The notes under the pieces are model-generated. The model saw nothing but the letters and a program-made list of their open reading frames with translations, did not search any database and was not told the DNA's origin. From the NCBI GenBank assembly GCA_963793265.1, contig CAWBZI010000004.1, forward strand, positions 672,001 to 736,000: a stretch of DNA of 64,000 bases. The letters are read 5' to 3'. Below are positions 28,160-38,809 of the stretch, in pieces (the first letter of the stretch is position 1; every line of letters starts with the position of its first letter). The translations under genes were made by a program, and so were the position numbers. Source of the DNA: an uncultured cyanobacterium (GTDB lineage Bacteria; Cyanobacteriota; Cyanobacteriia; Phormidesmidales; Phormidesmidaceae).

Positions 28160-29506
28160 TCAGATCGCGGCTACGGCATCTTTGGGTTCAAAAAGCGCCG
28201 CTTTAGCCTCTGCCTGAGTGCACGGAATCGTGATGGTAAAGCAGGTGCCTTGGCCTAGTGCCGACCGGCAAACGATAGAGCCCCTGTGCTTTTCGACCAC
28301 GATTTGATAGCTGATAGAAAGGCCAAGCCCGGTGCCTTTACCCACTAGCTTAGTGGTGAAAAAGGGATCGAACAGCTTGGTTCTGGCCAGTTCAGTAATC
28401 CCTGGGCCATTGTCGGTGATAGAGATGCGTACCTGCTGATTGGCGTCTAGTTCAGTTTTAATTGTGATAGTTGCTGGCGTGCGATCGCCGCTCGCTGTAT
28501 CCGCCGCTATAGGTTGTTCTTCTAGTGCGTCTGCCGCATTCGCTATGATGTTCATAAACACCTGATTGAGCTGGCTAGGATAACATTCTACTTTTGGCAA
28601 ATCAGCATAGTCTCTCACCACTTTTATAGGCTGACCGTTGCCTGCGATACGAAGCTTGTGCTGCAAAATCAGCAGAGTGCTATCAATGCCATCGTGAATT
28701 TCAACCGATTTCATATCGGCTTCGTCTAGCCTTGAGAAATTGCGTAGCGACAGTACAATCTGGCGAATTCTGTCGGCTCCAAGCTTAAGTGATTCCAGCA
28801 GCTTGTAGGCATCTTCTGCAACAAAGGCTAAATCCAACTGTTCTAAGTGCTCTTTGAGTTCTACCGTGGGCTCAGGGTAGCATTCCTGATAGTGTTCTAC
28901 TAGCTCAATGAGATCTTTGAAGTAGTCTTGAGCGGGCTTGAGGTTGCCATAGATGAAGTTGACAGGGTTGTTGATTTCATGGGCAATACCTGCGACCATT
29001 TGACCCAAAGAAGACATTTTTTCGCTTTGAACAAGATGAACCTGGGTTTGCTTTAAGTTGTGCAGAGCCTCTGTGAGTTCGGCGGTGCGCTGCTGCACCC
29101 GCTGCTCTAGCTGGCGGTTCATTTGGTGCAGCCGAAGCTGCATGTCTACGCGGGCAACGACTTCTTCTTGTTGGAAGGGCTTGGTGATATAGTCAACTGC
29201 ACCGAGCTTAAGGCCGGTCACTTTATCGATGGTGTCTGAAAGGGCAGTCATGAAGATGACTGGAATCTCGGTGGTTTTGAGGTTAGCTTTGAGCTGGCGG
29301 CAGGTTTCAAACCCGTCGAGGCCAGGCATCATCACGTCGAGCAAAATGAGGTCGGGCTGGGCGTATTCCGCCTGTTCGATTGCCGTTTCGCCATCGGTTG
29401 CAAACAGAGTCGTCCAGCCCTGATTTTGAATAGACTCAGATAGAACAGATAGGTTAGTAGGAGTATCATCTACAAGCAGTATTCGGACTGGCTCTTGGTC
29501 GATCAT
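28160..29506 (-). CDS. Response regulator-histidine kinase hybrid (REC-HisKA-HATPase)
   Basis: [41 protein letters not shown]. Confidence 0.92.
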   Translation of the reverse strand: MIDQEPVRILLVDDTPTNLSVLSESIQNQGWTTLFATDGETAIEQAEYAQPDLILLDVMMPGLDGFETCRQLKANLKTTEIPVIFMTALSDTIDKVTGLKLGAVDYITKPFQQEEVVARVDMQLRLHQMNRQLEQRVQQRTAELTEALHNLKQTQVHLVQSEKMSSLGQMVAGIAHEINNPVNFIYGNLKPAQDYFKDLIELVEHYQECYPEPTVELKEHLEQLDLAFVAEDAYKLLESLKLGADRIRQIVLSLRNFSRLDEADMKSVEIHDGIDSTLLILQHKLRIAGNGQPIKVVRDYADLPKVECYPSQLNQVFMNIIANAADALEEQPIAADTASGDRTPATITIKTELDANQQVRISITDNGPGITELARTKLFDPFFTTKLVGKGTGLGLSISYQIVVEKHRGSIVCRSALGQGTCFTITIPCTQAEAKAALFEPKDAVAAI

Positions 29507-32346
29507 GACTCCGAAAGGGTAAACGATTTAATATATTCTCGAATCTTTTTCGTCTGGAATTGACTTGCTAGCGTCCTTATTTTGGCAGTAAAGCCAGACA
29601 CGCTCGGATTCTCTATATCAAGTTGACTTAGAATGCCCGTGAGTCCGTTGAGATCTCCCATCATGGTGAGGTGGTAGAGCTGATCTAATACTTCTGGGCT
29701 AGGCGGTACAATGGCTGCTACAGCGTTGTTTTTGGGATGATCGGTGATGTCTTTTGTCCGATCTTGATGCGTTTCTATGGATTTGTGGCTGCTGGTGTAT
29801 GTCCACTCTAGCTGAAGAGATTTTTGTAAAGTATCTAGTAGCTGACTAGCTTCTATAGGTTTTGGCAGAAAGTAGTTTGCGCCTGCGGCCAGGCTACGGG
29901 CGCGATCGCTCTCAAAGACATGGGTACTAGCCACAATCACCGTCGTGTTTTGCGTTTCGAGGTGTGATCGCAACTGCGCAACGATTGCTACGCCATCACT
30001 TTCTCCGGTCATTAGCTCTGTAATCACTACGTCTGGGTGCTCCGCTATAGCTGTTTGCAGCCCCTCCGACTCACTGCCTGCCTCTAGCGTGATGAAGCCA
30101 ATAGGTGCTAGCAAATCAGAAATTGCCTGACGGCTAGTTTCGCGTTTATCTACGATTAGAACTTTGGGTTTGCGGTCTGCCTTTATGCCTGCGATGGTGG
30201 CTGATGCAGCGGTATCTGTAAGTGAATTACGGGGTCGAATCCAGCTTTGGGCGATCGCAAGTTCAGGCGCTAGTGAAAAAATGCTGCCCTCCCCAATCCG
30301 ACTGCTCACCTGCAAAGGACTGTTCATCATCTCAGCAATGCGCTGGCTAATAGCTAGGCCCAAGCCCGTTCCAGCAGCTTTTCTATCGGTTTCTCCTACC
30401 TGCTCAAAGGGTAAAAAGATTTTTTCTAGCTGAGCCGGGCTCATGCCCACGCCCGTATCTTCAATTTGAAAGCGAATTTTTTGAGTGGCTTTGCTGCCTG
30501 CTCTATCACCCGAAGGCGATATGGCTGATACCTTCAGCGTAACGCTGCCATTATCAGTGAATTTAATCGCGTTACCTAACAGATTGATTAAAACCTGGCG
30601 CAGTCTCTTTTCGTCTGCGTGAATGCCAGTGGGAAGCTTGTCTGAAAACTGGCAGTGAAACTCAATGCCTTTTTGCTCGGCTTTAATTTTGCAGATCTCA
30701 GCAACGCCTTCTAAAAACAACAACAAATCGAAGTCGTTGGGATAAAGCTCCAGCTTTCGCGCTTCAATTTTCGAGAGATCTAGAATATCGTTAATCAGCG
30801 TGAGTAGGTGGCTACCGCACTGGTGGATGATGCTGACACCTTTGATTTCTTTCGGGGTGAGGGTGGGCGATCGCTCCAAAATTTGCGCATAGCCCAAAAT
30901 GCCGTTCAGCGGCGTGCGTAACTCATGGCTCATATTAGCCAAAAACTCACTCTTTGCCTGATTGGCAGTATCCGCAGCTTGTTTTGCCTTCGCTAGCGAT
31001 TCAGTCCGCTCTTCAACCTTGGCCTCTAGCGTCCGTGAGTGGTCTACGAGCTGCTCATTGGCAGTCTCTAGCTGACCGTTAGCGTAGGCGAGCTGATGAT
31101 TAGTGTCTTTAAGCGTTTTTTGGCGATAGGCGTTTGTGGTGAGGAGTCCGCTAACAGCAAACGCCATTAAAGGCGGCACGACCGGCACTAACAGCCCTTG
31201 CAAAAAGCTACCGTAGGCTCCCAGCGCAAATAGCGCACTAACGCCAAGGCCCGTGCAAAACGCGCCGCGTAAAAAGCGAAACTGCTGGCGGCGCTGCTGC
31301 CGGTCGGCAATGATCCAGCTCCCGGCAGTGCCCAGTATCGTCCAGAGCGCAATCCAGCCGTTTTGCTGAATGGCTGAAAAACTGACCAGCCCGACTCGAC
31401 CGTGCAGGGCACTTTGCACAAGCTGGCTGGCAATGTTGGCATGGACAAACACGCCTGGCATCACGCGGCGACCGGAAACCTCCCAAGCGCCGCTATAGGG
31501 CGTCTCAAAAAAGTCGTTAGTGCTAGGAGCCGTAGAGCCGATGAGGACAATGCGATCGCGCATCAAATCATCTTTTACCTGTCCTGCAAGTACTTCCCCC
31601 ATCGACACCGACGTAAACGCCTCTATGCCCCCTCGCCAGTTAAGCAATATCTGGTAACCACCCAAATCTTCCTTAGCGTAGCCTGCCTCCTGACTACGCA
31701 GCGGAGAGTACTGAGCCTTGCCAAGCTGATAGATCTGCTGATCTGGGTCAATTGCTTCTAGACTAATCCCTTCCATTGCCAGATAGGCCAGGGCTGACTG
31801 CGTAGCCAGTCCTGCTTTAATGGCATCCTCAGACTGTTCATCTTTAGCCGTCAGCAGGCCGCGACGAATTTTGCGGTCGGCATCTAGCACCAAATCTGCA
31901 ATGCCCACTTGCCCCAATTCTGCCAGCGCAGGTGGCGGATCGACCCGGTTACCTGTAATTTTCTCGATACCGATTAGAGTAGGTGTAGACTGAAAAACTT
32001 CGACAAGCTGGTCGTAGCCAGGCTCTTCAGGCAGGTCGCGGTACATATCTAGCCCGATCGCCCGAGGCTCCTGCGCAGCAATCTTAGTAAGTAAGTCCGC
32101 CAGAATATTGTCAGGAATCGGCCAGTCTTTAGCGGCTTTAATGTCTATTTCATCAATAGTGACCACCACAATCGTCGGATCTACGGTTTCTGTAGGACGC
32201 AAGCGAAAGAAGCTGTCTCTCACTTCCCACTCTAAGAGGTTAAAGACGCCCAGATAGTTACCTGCGATCGCAACCATCGTAACGGTCGGCGCAATCACCA
32301 GCGCACTTCGCGTTTGTCGCAGAAAGGTTTTGAGGGTTAACCACAT
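29503..32346 (-). CDS. CHASE2-domain hybrid histidine kinase
   Basis: [30 protein letters not shown]; three TM helices; [17 protein letters not shown]-terminal REC-like domain. Confidence 0.92.
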   Translation of the reverse strand: MWLTLKTFLRQTRSALVIAPTVTMVAIAGNYLGVFNLLEWEVRDSFFRLRPTETVDPTIVVVTIDEIDIKAAKDWPIPDNILADLLTKIAAQEPRAIGLDMYRDLPEEPGYDQLVEVFQSTPTLIGIEKITGNRVDPPPALAELGQVGIADLVLDADRKIRRGLLTAKDEQSEDAIKAGLATQSALAYLAMEGISLEAIDPDQQIYQLGKAQYSPLRSQEAGYAKEDLGGYQILLNWRGGIEAFTSVSMGEVLAGQVKDDLMRDRIVLIGSTAPSTNDFFETPYSGAWEVSGRRVMPGVFVHANIASQLVQSALHGRVGLVSFSAIQQNGWIALWTILGTAGSWIIADRQQRRQQFRFLRGAFCTGLGVSALFALGAYGSFLQGLLVPVVPPLMAFAVSGLLTTNAYRQKTLKDTNHQLAYANGQLETANEQLVDHSRTLEAKVEERTESLAKAKQAADTANQAKSEFLANMSHELRTPLNGILGYAQILERSPTLTPKEIKGVSIIHQCGSHLLTLINDILDLSKIEARKLELYPNDFDLLLFLEGVAEICKIKAEQKGIEFHCQFSDKLPTGIHADEKRLRQVLINLLGNAIKFTDNGSVTLKVSAISPSGDRAGSKATQKIRFQIEDTGVGMSPAQLEKIFLPFEQVGETDRKAAGTGLGLAISQRIAEMMNSPLQVSSRIGEGSIFSLAPELAIAQSWIRPRNSLTDTAASATIAGIKADRKPKVLIVDKRETSRQAISDLLAPIGFITLEAGSESEGLQTAIAEHPDVVITELMTGESDGVAIVAQLRSHLETQNTTVIVASTHVFESDRARSLAAGANYFLPKPIEASQLLDTLQKSLQLEWTYTSSHKSIETHQDRTKDITDHPKNNAVAAIVPPSPEVLDQLYHLTMMGDLNGLTGILSQLDIENPSVSGFTAKIRTLASQFQTKKIREYIKSFTLSES

Positions 32347-32477
32347 GAACGGCTGATAAATAGCGCCCAAGACGTGCCTAGTTTCACCTAGATAAATCTG
32401 GGAAAGTCTTTGTAAAGTCTCTATGCGCTAGCATTCCCGAACGGCGCTATGTAGTGAAGATGCGGTGAAGAACCTCG

Positions 32478-33494
32478 TTAATCAGCGGTGTAATATTCGT
32501 GGCTTATAAAAGGTAGGGCTACCGCTTGTGCACTAACGCGATCGCCCGCCCCAGTCTCAACTTCTACCGCTAGCCCTTCACCCCCCGCCTTAGTCCGCAA
32601 ATATCCCAGCCCCAGCGCACCTTCTTCAGCGCTGGTCACGCTAGAAACCTTACCAACTTTCGCATCCTCTACAAAAATCTCAGCCTCTGGCGAAACCGGC
32701 TCCGAGAGCTTAAGACCCCATAAACGCTTTTTCACGCCTTTATAGGTATTGAGCCGAGCAATCGTCTCCTGGCCGATATAGCAACCCTTTTCAAACGAAA
32801 TGCTATGCCACAGGCCCGCTTCTAACGGATTGTCATCATCTGTAAGCTCACGAGCCGCCGCCGGTCGGCCCTGCTGAATGCGCAGTGTCTCCCATTCTTC
32901 AGCCGTTGCCATGCGCGCGCCTGCCGCCAAAATTATCTGTTTGACTGCCTCAGAGTGTTCTTTCGGCCCTGACAAGGTATAGCCCTCAATCGCCAGGTCA
33001 CTCCCGACAGCAATCTCAATTTCTCCTATACCTGCCAGCGATATAGTTTGGTGTGTAAAAGCAGGCTTACCGACAAGTTCAGCAGCACCTATCTGTTGTA
33101 AAACAGCATCAGCCCCTTCGCCTAGTACCGTAAACAAAAAGGTTTGCTCACTCTCATCAGTTAACGTCACTTTATCCGAAAAAAAGATATAGCGATCCAT
33201 CCAGTCGTATAGCTGCTTTGCCATTCCAGGCGAAACAACAACCAGCAGAGAATCTTCAAAAGCGTAGACAGTGGCTAGATCTATGGTGCGCCCAGTAGAA
33301 GTGACAAATACGGTATAGCAGCCTTCACCTGTAGCCAGCCGCTCAATATTGTTGGTGGTTTGGTTGTGTAGAAAACGCACGCGGTCTGCGCCTGTAAGCC
33401 GAATACGACCCCAGTGACTACGATCAAAAAGAGCTGGGTAGGTGTTTGTATTATCCATATCTGGTATCGGGGGCTTAGTGTCGGGGGCCTTCAA
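32478..33494 (-). CDS. ygfZ: Folate-binding protein YgfZ
   Basis: Signature KGCYIGQE; GADRVRFLHNQTTN. Confidence 0.9.
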   Translation of the reverse strand: MKAPDTKPPIPDMDNTNTYPALFDRSHWGRIRLTGADRVRFLHNQTTNNIERLATGEGCYTVFVTSTGRTIDLATVYAFEDSLLVVVSPGMAKQLYDWMDRYIFFSDKVTLTDESEQTFLFTVLGEGADAVLQQIGAAELVGKPAFTHQTISLAGIGEIEIAVGSDLAIEGYTLSGPKEHSEAVKQIILAAGARMATAEEWETLRIQQGRPAAARELTDDDNPLEAGLWHSISFEKGCYIGQETIARLNTYKGVKKRLWGLKLSEPVSPEAEIFVEDAKVGKVSSVTSAEEGALGLGYLRTKAGGEGLAVEVETGAGDRVSAQAVALPFISHEYYTAD

Positions 33495-34863
33495 AAATCA
33501 TTGGAACGCCTTTGGCAGGGGCAAGCGTGACGCCGCGCCGTTTGGCAACTTCGGGCTGGTCGGTAGCTAGGCAAAATCGGTAGTGAGAGAGTAGGGTGGC
33601 GACGACAAGCTTCAGTTCGTACTGGGCGAGCGCTGCGCCGACGCATCTTCTGGCACCGTTGCCGAAGGGAATGAACTCGTAGGGAGAGAATTTATTTTCG
33701 AGAAAGCGTTCGGGGCGGAAGGCTTTAGGCTCGGGGTAAAGGTCTTCACGCTGATGGGTGAGGAAAATGCACCCGAGAAAGGTGGTGCCGGGGGCGAAGG
33801 TGCGACCCATCAGGTGAATTGTTTCTTGGGCAACGCGGGGAAAGGTGAACATGGCAACGGGCGATCGCCTCAAAGTTTCCTGGCACACGGCCCCCAAGTA
33901 AGGAAGCTGAGAAATCTCTGTAGGCAATGCCTCAGCCGGTAGCGTATTCAGCTCTGCCAGCAGCTTTTCTTTCACCCCAGGCGCTTTGTGAATCCAGTAC
34001 ATTGCCCAGGCGATCGCGGTGGCGGTTGTCTCATGCCCAGCCATCAGCAGCGCCATCAGCTCATCTCGCAGCTCCTCTTCTTCAAGCGCTTCACCGTCCT
34101 CAGTACGAGCGGCCATCAGCATGGAGAGAATATCAGTGCGGGTTGGGTCGTGGGTGGCTTTGCGATCGCGAATCTCATCATAAATCAGCGCATCTAGCTT
34201 ATCTCTAAGCCGTACAAACTTTCCCCAAGGGCTCCAAGCGCCTAAGTCTTTTTGAAGCTGACCAAAAAACAGCATCAGCGCAGCAGTCGGCGAGCCAAAG
34301 CGATCCACCGTCTCAGTTAGCACGCGCATAATTTCTTTTGAGCGCGGGCCGTCGCTTAAACCAAAAACAACCTTGGAGATAATCTGTAAAGAGACTTTTT
34401 GGGTAAGATTTCGTGCTAAGAAGGCTTCGCCTGGCTGAAGCTGGTCAAGATTTTCTTTGGTGAGCTGGCAAATAAGCTGGCCGTAAACGTCGATGCGATC
34501 GCCGTGAAAAGCCGGGGTGATAAGCTGACGGCGCTCTTTATGGCGATCGCCGCTGAGCATGATGACAGAAGCGTTACCAATCAGCGGTGCGAGCAGGCGG
34601 TTGAACTCGCCGGGCGACTGGAAGGTTTTGCGATCGCGGCTCAAAATGAACTGCATTGCTTCAGGGCTGCTGGTAATCACCGTGGGGCCGACGCCAAAGC
34701 CTAGCGAATCTTCTTCAAAGAAGTCTGGTGTCTTTTCCTTTGTTCTCTCTAGATAGTTAACCGGATCGAGAATCCATTCAAAGCGCCGAATTAAGCTAAG
34801 CCCTTCGGGTTTTTCGAGCGGCGTTTCGGCAGCCGCACTTTCGAGGGTGCTTGATTTGACCAT
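33475..34863 (-). CDS. Cytochrome P450 (CYP110-like)
   Basis: AGHETT I-helix, ETLR, FRPERF, heme motif FGNGARRCVG. Confidence 0.93.
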   Translation of the reverse strand: MVKSSTLESAAAETPLEKPEGLSLIRRFEWILDPVNYLERTKEKTPDFFEEDSLGFGVGPTVITSSPEAMQFILSRDRKTFQSPGEFNRLLAPLIGNASVIMLSGDRHKERRQLITPAFHGDRIDVYGQLICQLTKENLDQLQPGEAFLARNLTQKVSLQIISKVVFGLSDGPRSKEIMRVLTETVDRFGSPTAALMLFFGQLQKDLGAWSPWGKFVRLRDKLDALIYDEIRDRKATHDPTRTDILSMLMAARTEDGEALEEEELRDELMALLMAGHETTATAIAWAMYWIHKAPGVKEKLLAELNTLPAEALPTEISQLPYLGAVCQETLRRSPVAMFTFPRVAQETIHLMGRTFAPGTTFLGCIFLTHQREDLYPEPKAFRPERFLENKFSPYEFIPFGNGARRCVGAALAQYELKLVVATLLSHYRFCLATDQPEVAKRRGVTLAPAKGVPMIFEGPRH

Positions 34864-34938
34864 GGTTTTACGAGTAGTGGCAACGACTATTCACTATTTT
34901 GACGCATCGTCTGGATTCTTGACGAGGCGGCTAAGGAA

Positions 34939-35535
34939 CTACTTACAGTCGCGATTTTCTTCACTGCCATCAGGCATCGTCGTATGGCATAAAATCGCCC
35001 GACTGCGATTAACCCCACGCAAGTTCGCGCCTGTGAGATCTGCGCCACTAAGGTTAGCAACACCGATAATGGCCGCTGTTAGTTCAGTATTAATTAGCTT
35101 CGCGTCAGTCAGGTTGGCATCTAGCAAATTAGCCTGGGTCAAAATCGCGCCGCTTAAGTCGGCTCTTGTCAGATTGGCATCTTTGAGCTGTGCGCCATTC
35201 ATCTCTGCGCCTGTGAGATTCGCATTCGTCAAATTAGCGTCAACGAGTTCAGAGAGCATCAGATTGGTTTCACTCAAATCAGCGCCTGTTAGGTTCGCAC
35301 CGGTTAGAGAAGCGACCTTTAGATTAGCCATATGAAGCTGAGCGTTGCTCAAATCAGCGTCGTTGAGAATGCACACAGGGCACTCGTTGTTATCAAACAG
35401 CATATCTACGTCGTCTTGAATAAAAGCCCAGCTAGGGGCGGCAAAGCTGAGCAGTGCGGCCAGCGATACGCTTAGCGAAAGGCAAACGGCGACTAAAAGT
35501 GAGGCGATTTTTGGAGTTTTTATGCTGCTTTTCAT
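34939..35535 (-). CDS. Secreted pentapeptide repeat protein
   Basis: Signal peptide, CPVC, A(N/D)Lxx repeats, TTMPDG end. Confidence 0.9.
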   Translation of the reverse strand: MKSSIKTPKIASLLVAVCLSLSVSLAALLSFAAPSWAFIQDDVDMLFDNNECPVCILNDADLSNAQLHMANLKVASLTGANLTGADLSETNLMLSELVDANLTNANLTGAEMNGAQLKDANLTRADLSGAILTQANLLDANLTDAKLINTELTAAIIGVANLSGADLTGANLRGVNRSRAILCHTTMPDGSEENRDCK

Positions 35536-35621
35536 AACCTATTTGGGCTAGTAGTCCATCGAATAACGGTTTATATTGTCCCACACCATCTATGGATTAC
35601 TAATGGATTAGGATTGCGCTA

Positions 35622-36332
35622 GTGCAGCCGCAGGAGAATAGTGTGTTTGGTTTTCAGTCGCGATCGGTTGTGCTTTGTTTGATTTTGGGCGGGCTGCTGC
35701 TAGCGCTGTATGCGAGCGATCCGGCCTGGCAATCAACGGCGGAAGTGCTGCGCAACGGTGTGGTGCTGACCTGGATGATAAGCCTGGTTAATATTGTGCT
35801 GCCAGGTCACGGGCTCGGTAAGGTGTTTGGCATTCGGCCTCGACATCTGATCGGCCTTTTGGGCGTCGTGTTTTCGCCTCTGCTACATCGAGACTTAAGC
35901 CATCTAATTGCGAATACGGTGCCTTTTTTAGTGCTGGGCTGGCTGGTTTTGCTGCAAGGTGAGATTCAGGGCGGCACTGATTTCTATACGATTACAGCAA
36001 CTATTTTACTGATTGGCGGATTGGGAACTTGGCTGTTTGGTCGCGAGGCGATCCATTTGGGCGCAAGCGGGCTGATCTTTGGCTATATCGGCTTTTTGCT
36101 GGCGGGTGCGTATGTGGGGCCGACGCTGCTGACGCTGGGGCTAGCAGCGGTGGTCTTTTGGATCTACGGTGCGCAGCTATGGGGCATGATGCCAAGCTCT
36201 AGTGAGGATAGGGTGTCTTGGGAGGGGCATTTATTTGGCTTTGCGGGTGGGGTAGTGGCAGGAGTACGGCCTGATTTTTTGGCTGAGGTGGTGATGCGGA
36301 TAGGCGATCGCCTCGCACCTCTATTACAGTGA
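35622..36332 (+). CDS. Rhomboid family intramembrane serine protease
   Basis: PLLH...HLIAN, catalytic GASG, SWEGHLFG. Confidence 0.88.
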   Translation: MQPQENSVFGFQSRSVVLCLILGGLLLALYASDPAWQSTAEVLRNGVVLTWMISLVNIVLPGHGLGKVFGIRPRHLIGLLGVVFSPLLHRDLSHLIANTVPFLVLGWLVLLQGEIQGGTDFYTITATILLIGGLGTWLFGREAIHLGASGLIFGYIGFLLAGAYVGPTLLTLGLAAVVFWIYGAQLWGMMPSSSEDRVSWEGHLFGFAGGVVAGVRPDFLAEVVMRIGDRLAPLLQ

Positions 36333-36489
36333 GACTACAGTGAGACACGTTTGCCGTAAGACAGATTCAATAGCAACTGGCACAGTCAGACCTGCCAAAA
36401 CACCGCCATCGCGGGATATTTTTAGGATATAGGGCAACTATCAGTTCGATGCAATTGCTAAACCGTGTTTTTCCACAAGGAATGTTGCT

Positions 36490-37122
36490 ATGAAACCTTT
36501 ATTACTAGGCGGGCTCTCGGCGCTGTTGGTCGTGGGCTCGGGGCCTTTGTCTGCGAATGCGCAGGTATTTTCGTCTCAGCGATCGCCTAATCAAACACCC
36601 AATCAAAATCCAACGACTCAGCCTGCTCAAAACAATAGAAGACCTGCTTCAGGCGTGGCTCAGGGCACATCGGCATTAAGAACGACGCTGGAGCAGGAAG
36701 ATACGCTCTATCTCAACAAAGACAAAACGTATAGCTACGACCTTGTGCTGCGCAGCGAATCGGCGGTTGGCGGTCAGCGGCTCCCTGTCGGGACGATTGT
36801 GCGCGGTCGCTTTGAGCCTGCTGAGGGCGGGCTGGTGTATGTGGCTGACTCAATAGAGGTGGCCGATCGGATTATTAGAGTGAATGTGGCTTCTGAGCTG
36901 TTGCGCGATCGCAAAGACCCCAGACAAACCTCTACCGGCGCAATCGCGACTGACGCAGCCATTGGCGCAGCAGGCGGCTATGTGCTTGGCGAGGTGCTCG
37001 GTGATGCGAGCGTGTGGGAAGTTGTCGGCGGCGCAGCGGCGGGCGTACTTGTCGGTAATACGACCGCGCCTTCTGTCGTCGTGGTGCGGCCCGAGGACGA
37101 AATCATACTGTACTCAAACTGA
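36490..37122 (+). CDS. Secreted hypothetical protein with glycine-zipper-like C-terminus
   Basis: Signal peptide; AAIGAAGG...GGAAAGVLVG. Confidence 0.7.
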   Translation: MKPLLLGGLSALLVVGSGPLSANAQVFSSQRSPNQTPNQNPTTQPAQNNRRPASGVAQGTSALRTTLEQEDTLYLNKDKTYSYDLVLRSESAVGGQRLPVGTIVRGRFEPAEGGLVYVADSIEVADRIIRVNVASELLRDRKDPRQTSTGAIATDAAIGAAGGYVLGEVLGDASVWEVVGGAAAGVLVGNTTAPSVVVVRPEDEIILYSN

Positions 37123-37139
37123 CATTAGCTGAGCGCTGT

Positions 37140-38753
37140 TCAGCTAAACATCCGCTTAAAAAAACGTGAAAGCAAGCCTTCCGGCATCGGCTGCTCTGGA
37201 ACGGCTTGCTCCAGCGGCGACCACGTGGGTACGGGCTCTGACTGCTTCGGGTCTGGCAGTTCTAGTGAGGATAGCTCTAGGGCGGGCTGAGCTGACTTTG
37301 AAGGGAAAGGCTCTAACTCTAGTCGCTCTGCATCCTCCGAAGGCGCTAAGGGGTCTAGCTCTAAATGCTCCGAAGACTCTAAGGTCGGCTCCGAAGGCGC
37401 TAGGGTTGAAGCCGATGGTGCTAGCGATGCGGACAATCCTGCTGAAGCAGTAGCCACCGACTCTATAGCCTTTTGCGCTGGCTTAAAATCGGGATCAAGC
37501 GAGAGTGCTTTTTCATAGCGCGCGCGCGCGCTTTGTGGGTCATGCTGCTGGTCGTGAGCCGTACCTAGATAGTAGTGGAACGCTGCAGTTTCAGGCTTGA
37601 GATCTATTGCCTGCTGATATAGCTCTGCGGCAGCGGTGATATTGCCCTGCTGCTGTGCAATTTGACCGAGCTTAAAGCGAGCTGTCGGTAGCTCTGGATT
37701 GATGCTGACGGCGGCGTTGTAGGCAGTGGCCGCGTCTTCTAGCTGGCCTAGCGCTAAGTAGCTATCGCCTAAAGCGACGCGAAAGGCTGGGTTTTTAGGA
37801 TTGAGAGCAGCTGCCTGTTCAAACCAATTAGTTGCGGCTTTGTGATCTTTTTGCTGCTGGGCAATGCGGCCTAGCTTAAGGCGCAGCCAAGGAGCCTTTG
37901 AGCCTAATTCAGCCGCTTTCTGATAGCTATCACCTGCTAGAGCAAGCTCTTTTTGCGCAAACTGGACTTCACCTAAAAACTGATAGGATTTGAAGTCATC
38001 TGGACTGAGGGCGATCGCGCGCTCAAAATGAGAAACCGCTTCCTGCCAGTGCTTTTGCAGTTGGGCAATGCGACCCAGCTTGAAGTGAGGGTTTGGGAGC
38101 TGGTCGTTGAGGGCGATCGCTGCTCTATAAGCCTTTTGGGCTTCGGTAAACTGACTTTGTGCGAAGTAGGCTTCAGCTAAAGCCATATGAAAAGGAGCGT
38201 TTTGGTCATTAAGTGCGATCGCCTGTTGAAAATAATCGATTGCCTTCTCAAAATCTTCTTGAGCTTGAGCGATACGGCCCAGCCTAAAACGCGGCCCGAC
38301 GCCTAGATTTCCTAACTTAATAGCCTTCTTGTAATAAGGCTCAGCCCGATCAAACTGCTTTTGATTAAAGAAAACATCGCCGAGCGCCTGATGTGGTTTG
38401 AAGTCTTGAGGATCTAGCTGAGCGGCATACTCATAGTGAGCAATGGCCTCTTCTGTTTGCCCATGAAGATCGGCAATGCGGCCCAGCCGAAAGTAGGTGA
38501 GCGGCGTGTCAGGGCTGAGCTTTACAGAGTCGGTATAGCTACTTTTAGCAAGCGCATAGTTTTTCTGCGTAAAGTAGATATCGCCGAGTGATAGCTGCGC
38601 TGCTACGTTGCTAGAATCTAGCGATAGCACGTGCTGGTATAGCGATACTGCACGCTCCACCTGGCCGTCTCTTTTAGCCCTTTGCGCCTGACGCAGGTAG
38701 TCTGCAACCGTTTCGCCTGTAACTGATCTCATAGCGCTCCGTTTCTTTATCAA
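37140..38753 (-). CDS. TPR-only protein with P/S/E-rich tail
   Basis: About 12 consecutive 34-aa TPR motifs (LG...A...Y..A..L.P). Confidence 0.88.
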   Translation of the reverse strand: MIKKRSAMRSVTGETVADYLRQAQRAKRDGQVERAVSLYQHVLSLDSSNVAAQLSLGDIYFTQKNYALAKSSYTDSVKLSPDTPLTYFRLGRIADLHGQTEEAIAHYEYAAQLDPQDFKPHQALGDVFFNQKQFDRAEPYYKKAIKLGNLGVGPRFRLGRIAQAQEDFEKAIDYFQQAIALNDQNAPFHMALAEAYFAQSQFTEAQKAYRAAIALNDQLPNPHFKLGRIAQLQKHWQEAVSHFERAIALSPDDFKSYQFLGEVQFAQKELALAGDSYQKAAELGSKAPWLRLKLGRIAQQQKDHKAATNWFEQAAALNPKNPAFRVALGDSYLALGQLEDAATAYNAAVSINPELPTARFKLGQIAQQQGNITAAAELYQQAIDLKPETAAFHYYLGTAHDQQHDPQSARARYEKALSLDPDFKPAQKAIESVATASAGLSASLAPSASTLAPSEPTLESSEHLELDPLAPSEDAERLELEPFPSKSAQPALELSSLELPDPKQSEPVPTWSPLEQAVPEQPMPEGLLSRFFKRMFS

Positions 38754-38809
38754 CTGAACTTTTTATGTGATGCCGTTCCCTTATACTCAAAAGCCTTAGG
38801 CCAAAAGCC

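Noticed and set aside
32478..34863. P450-ygfZ overlap as a biosynthetic cluster
   Set aside because: No other biosynthetic genes nearby; the overlap disappears if ygfZ starts at its second Met
34847..35335. 162-aa plus-strand ORF
   Set aside because: Antisense shadow of the pentapeptide repeat gene
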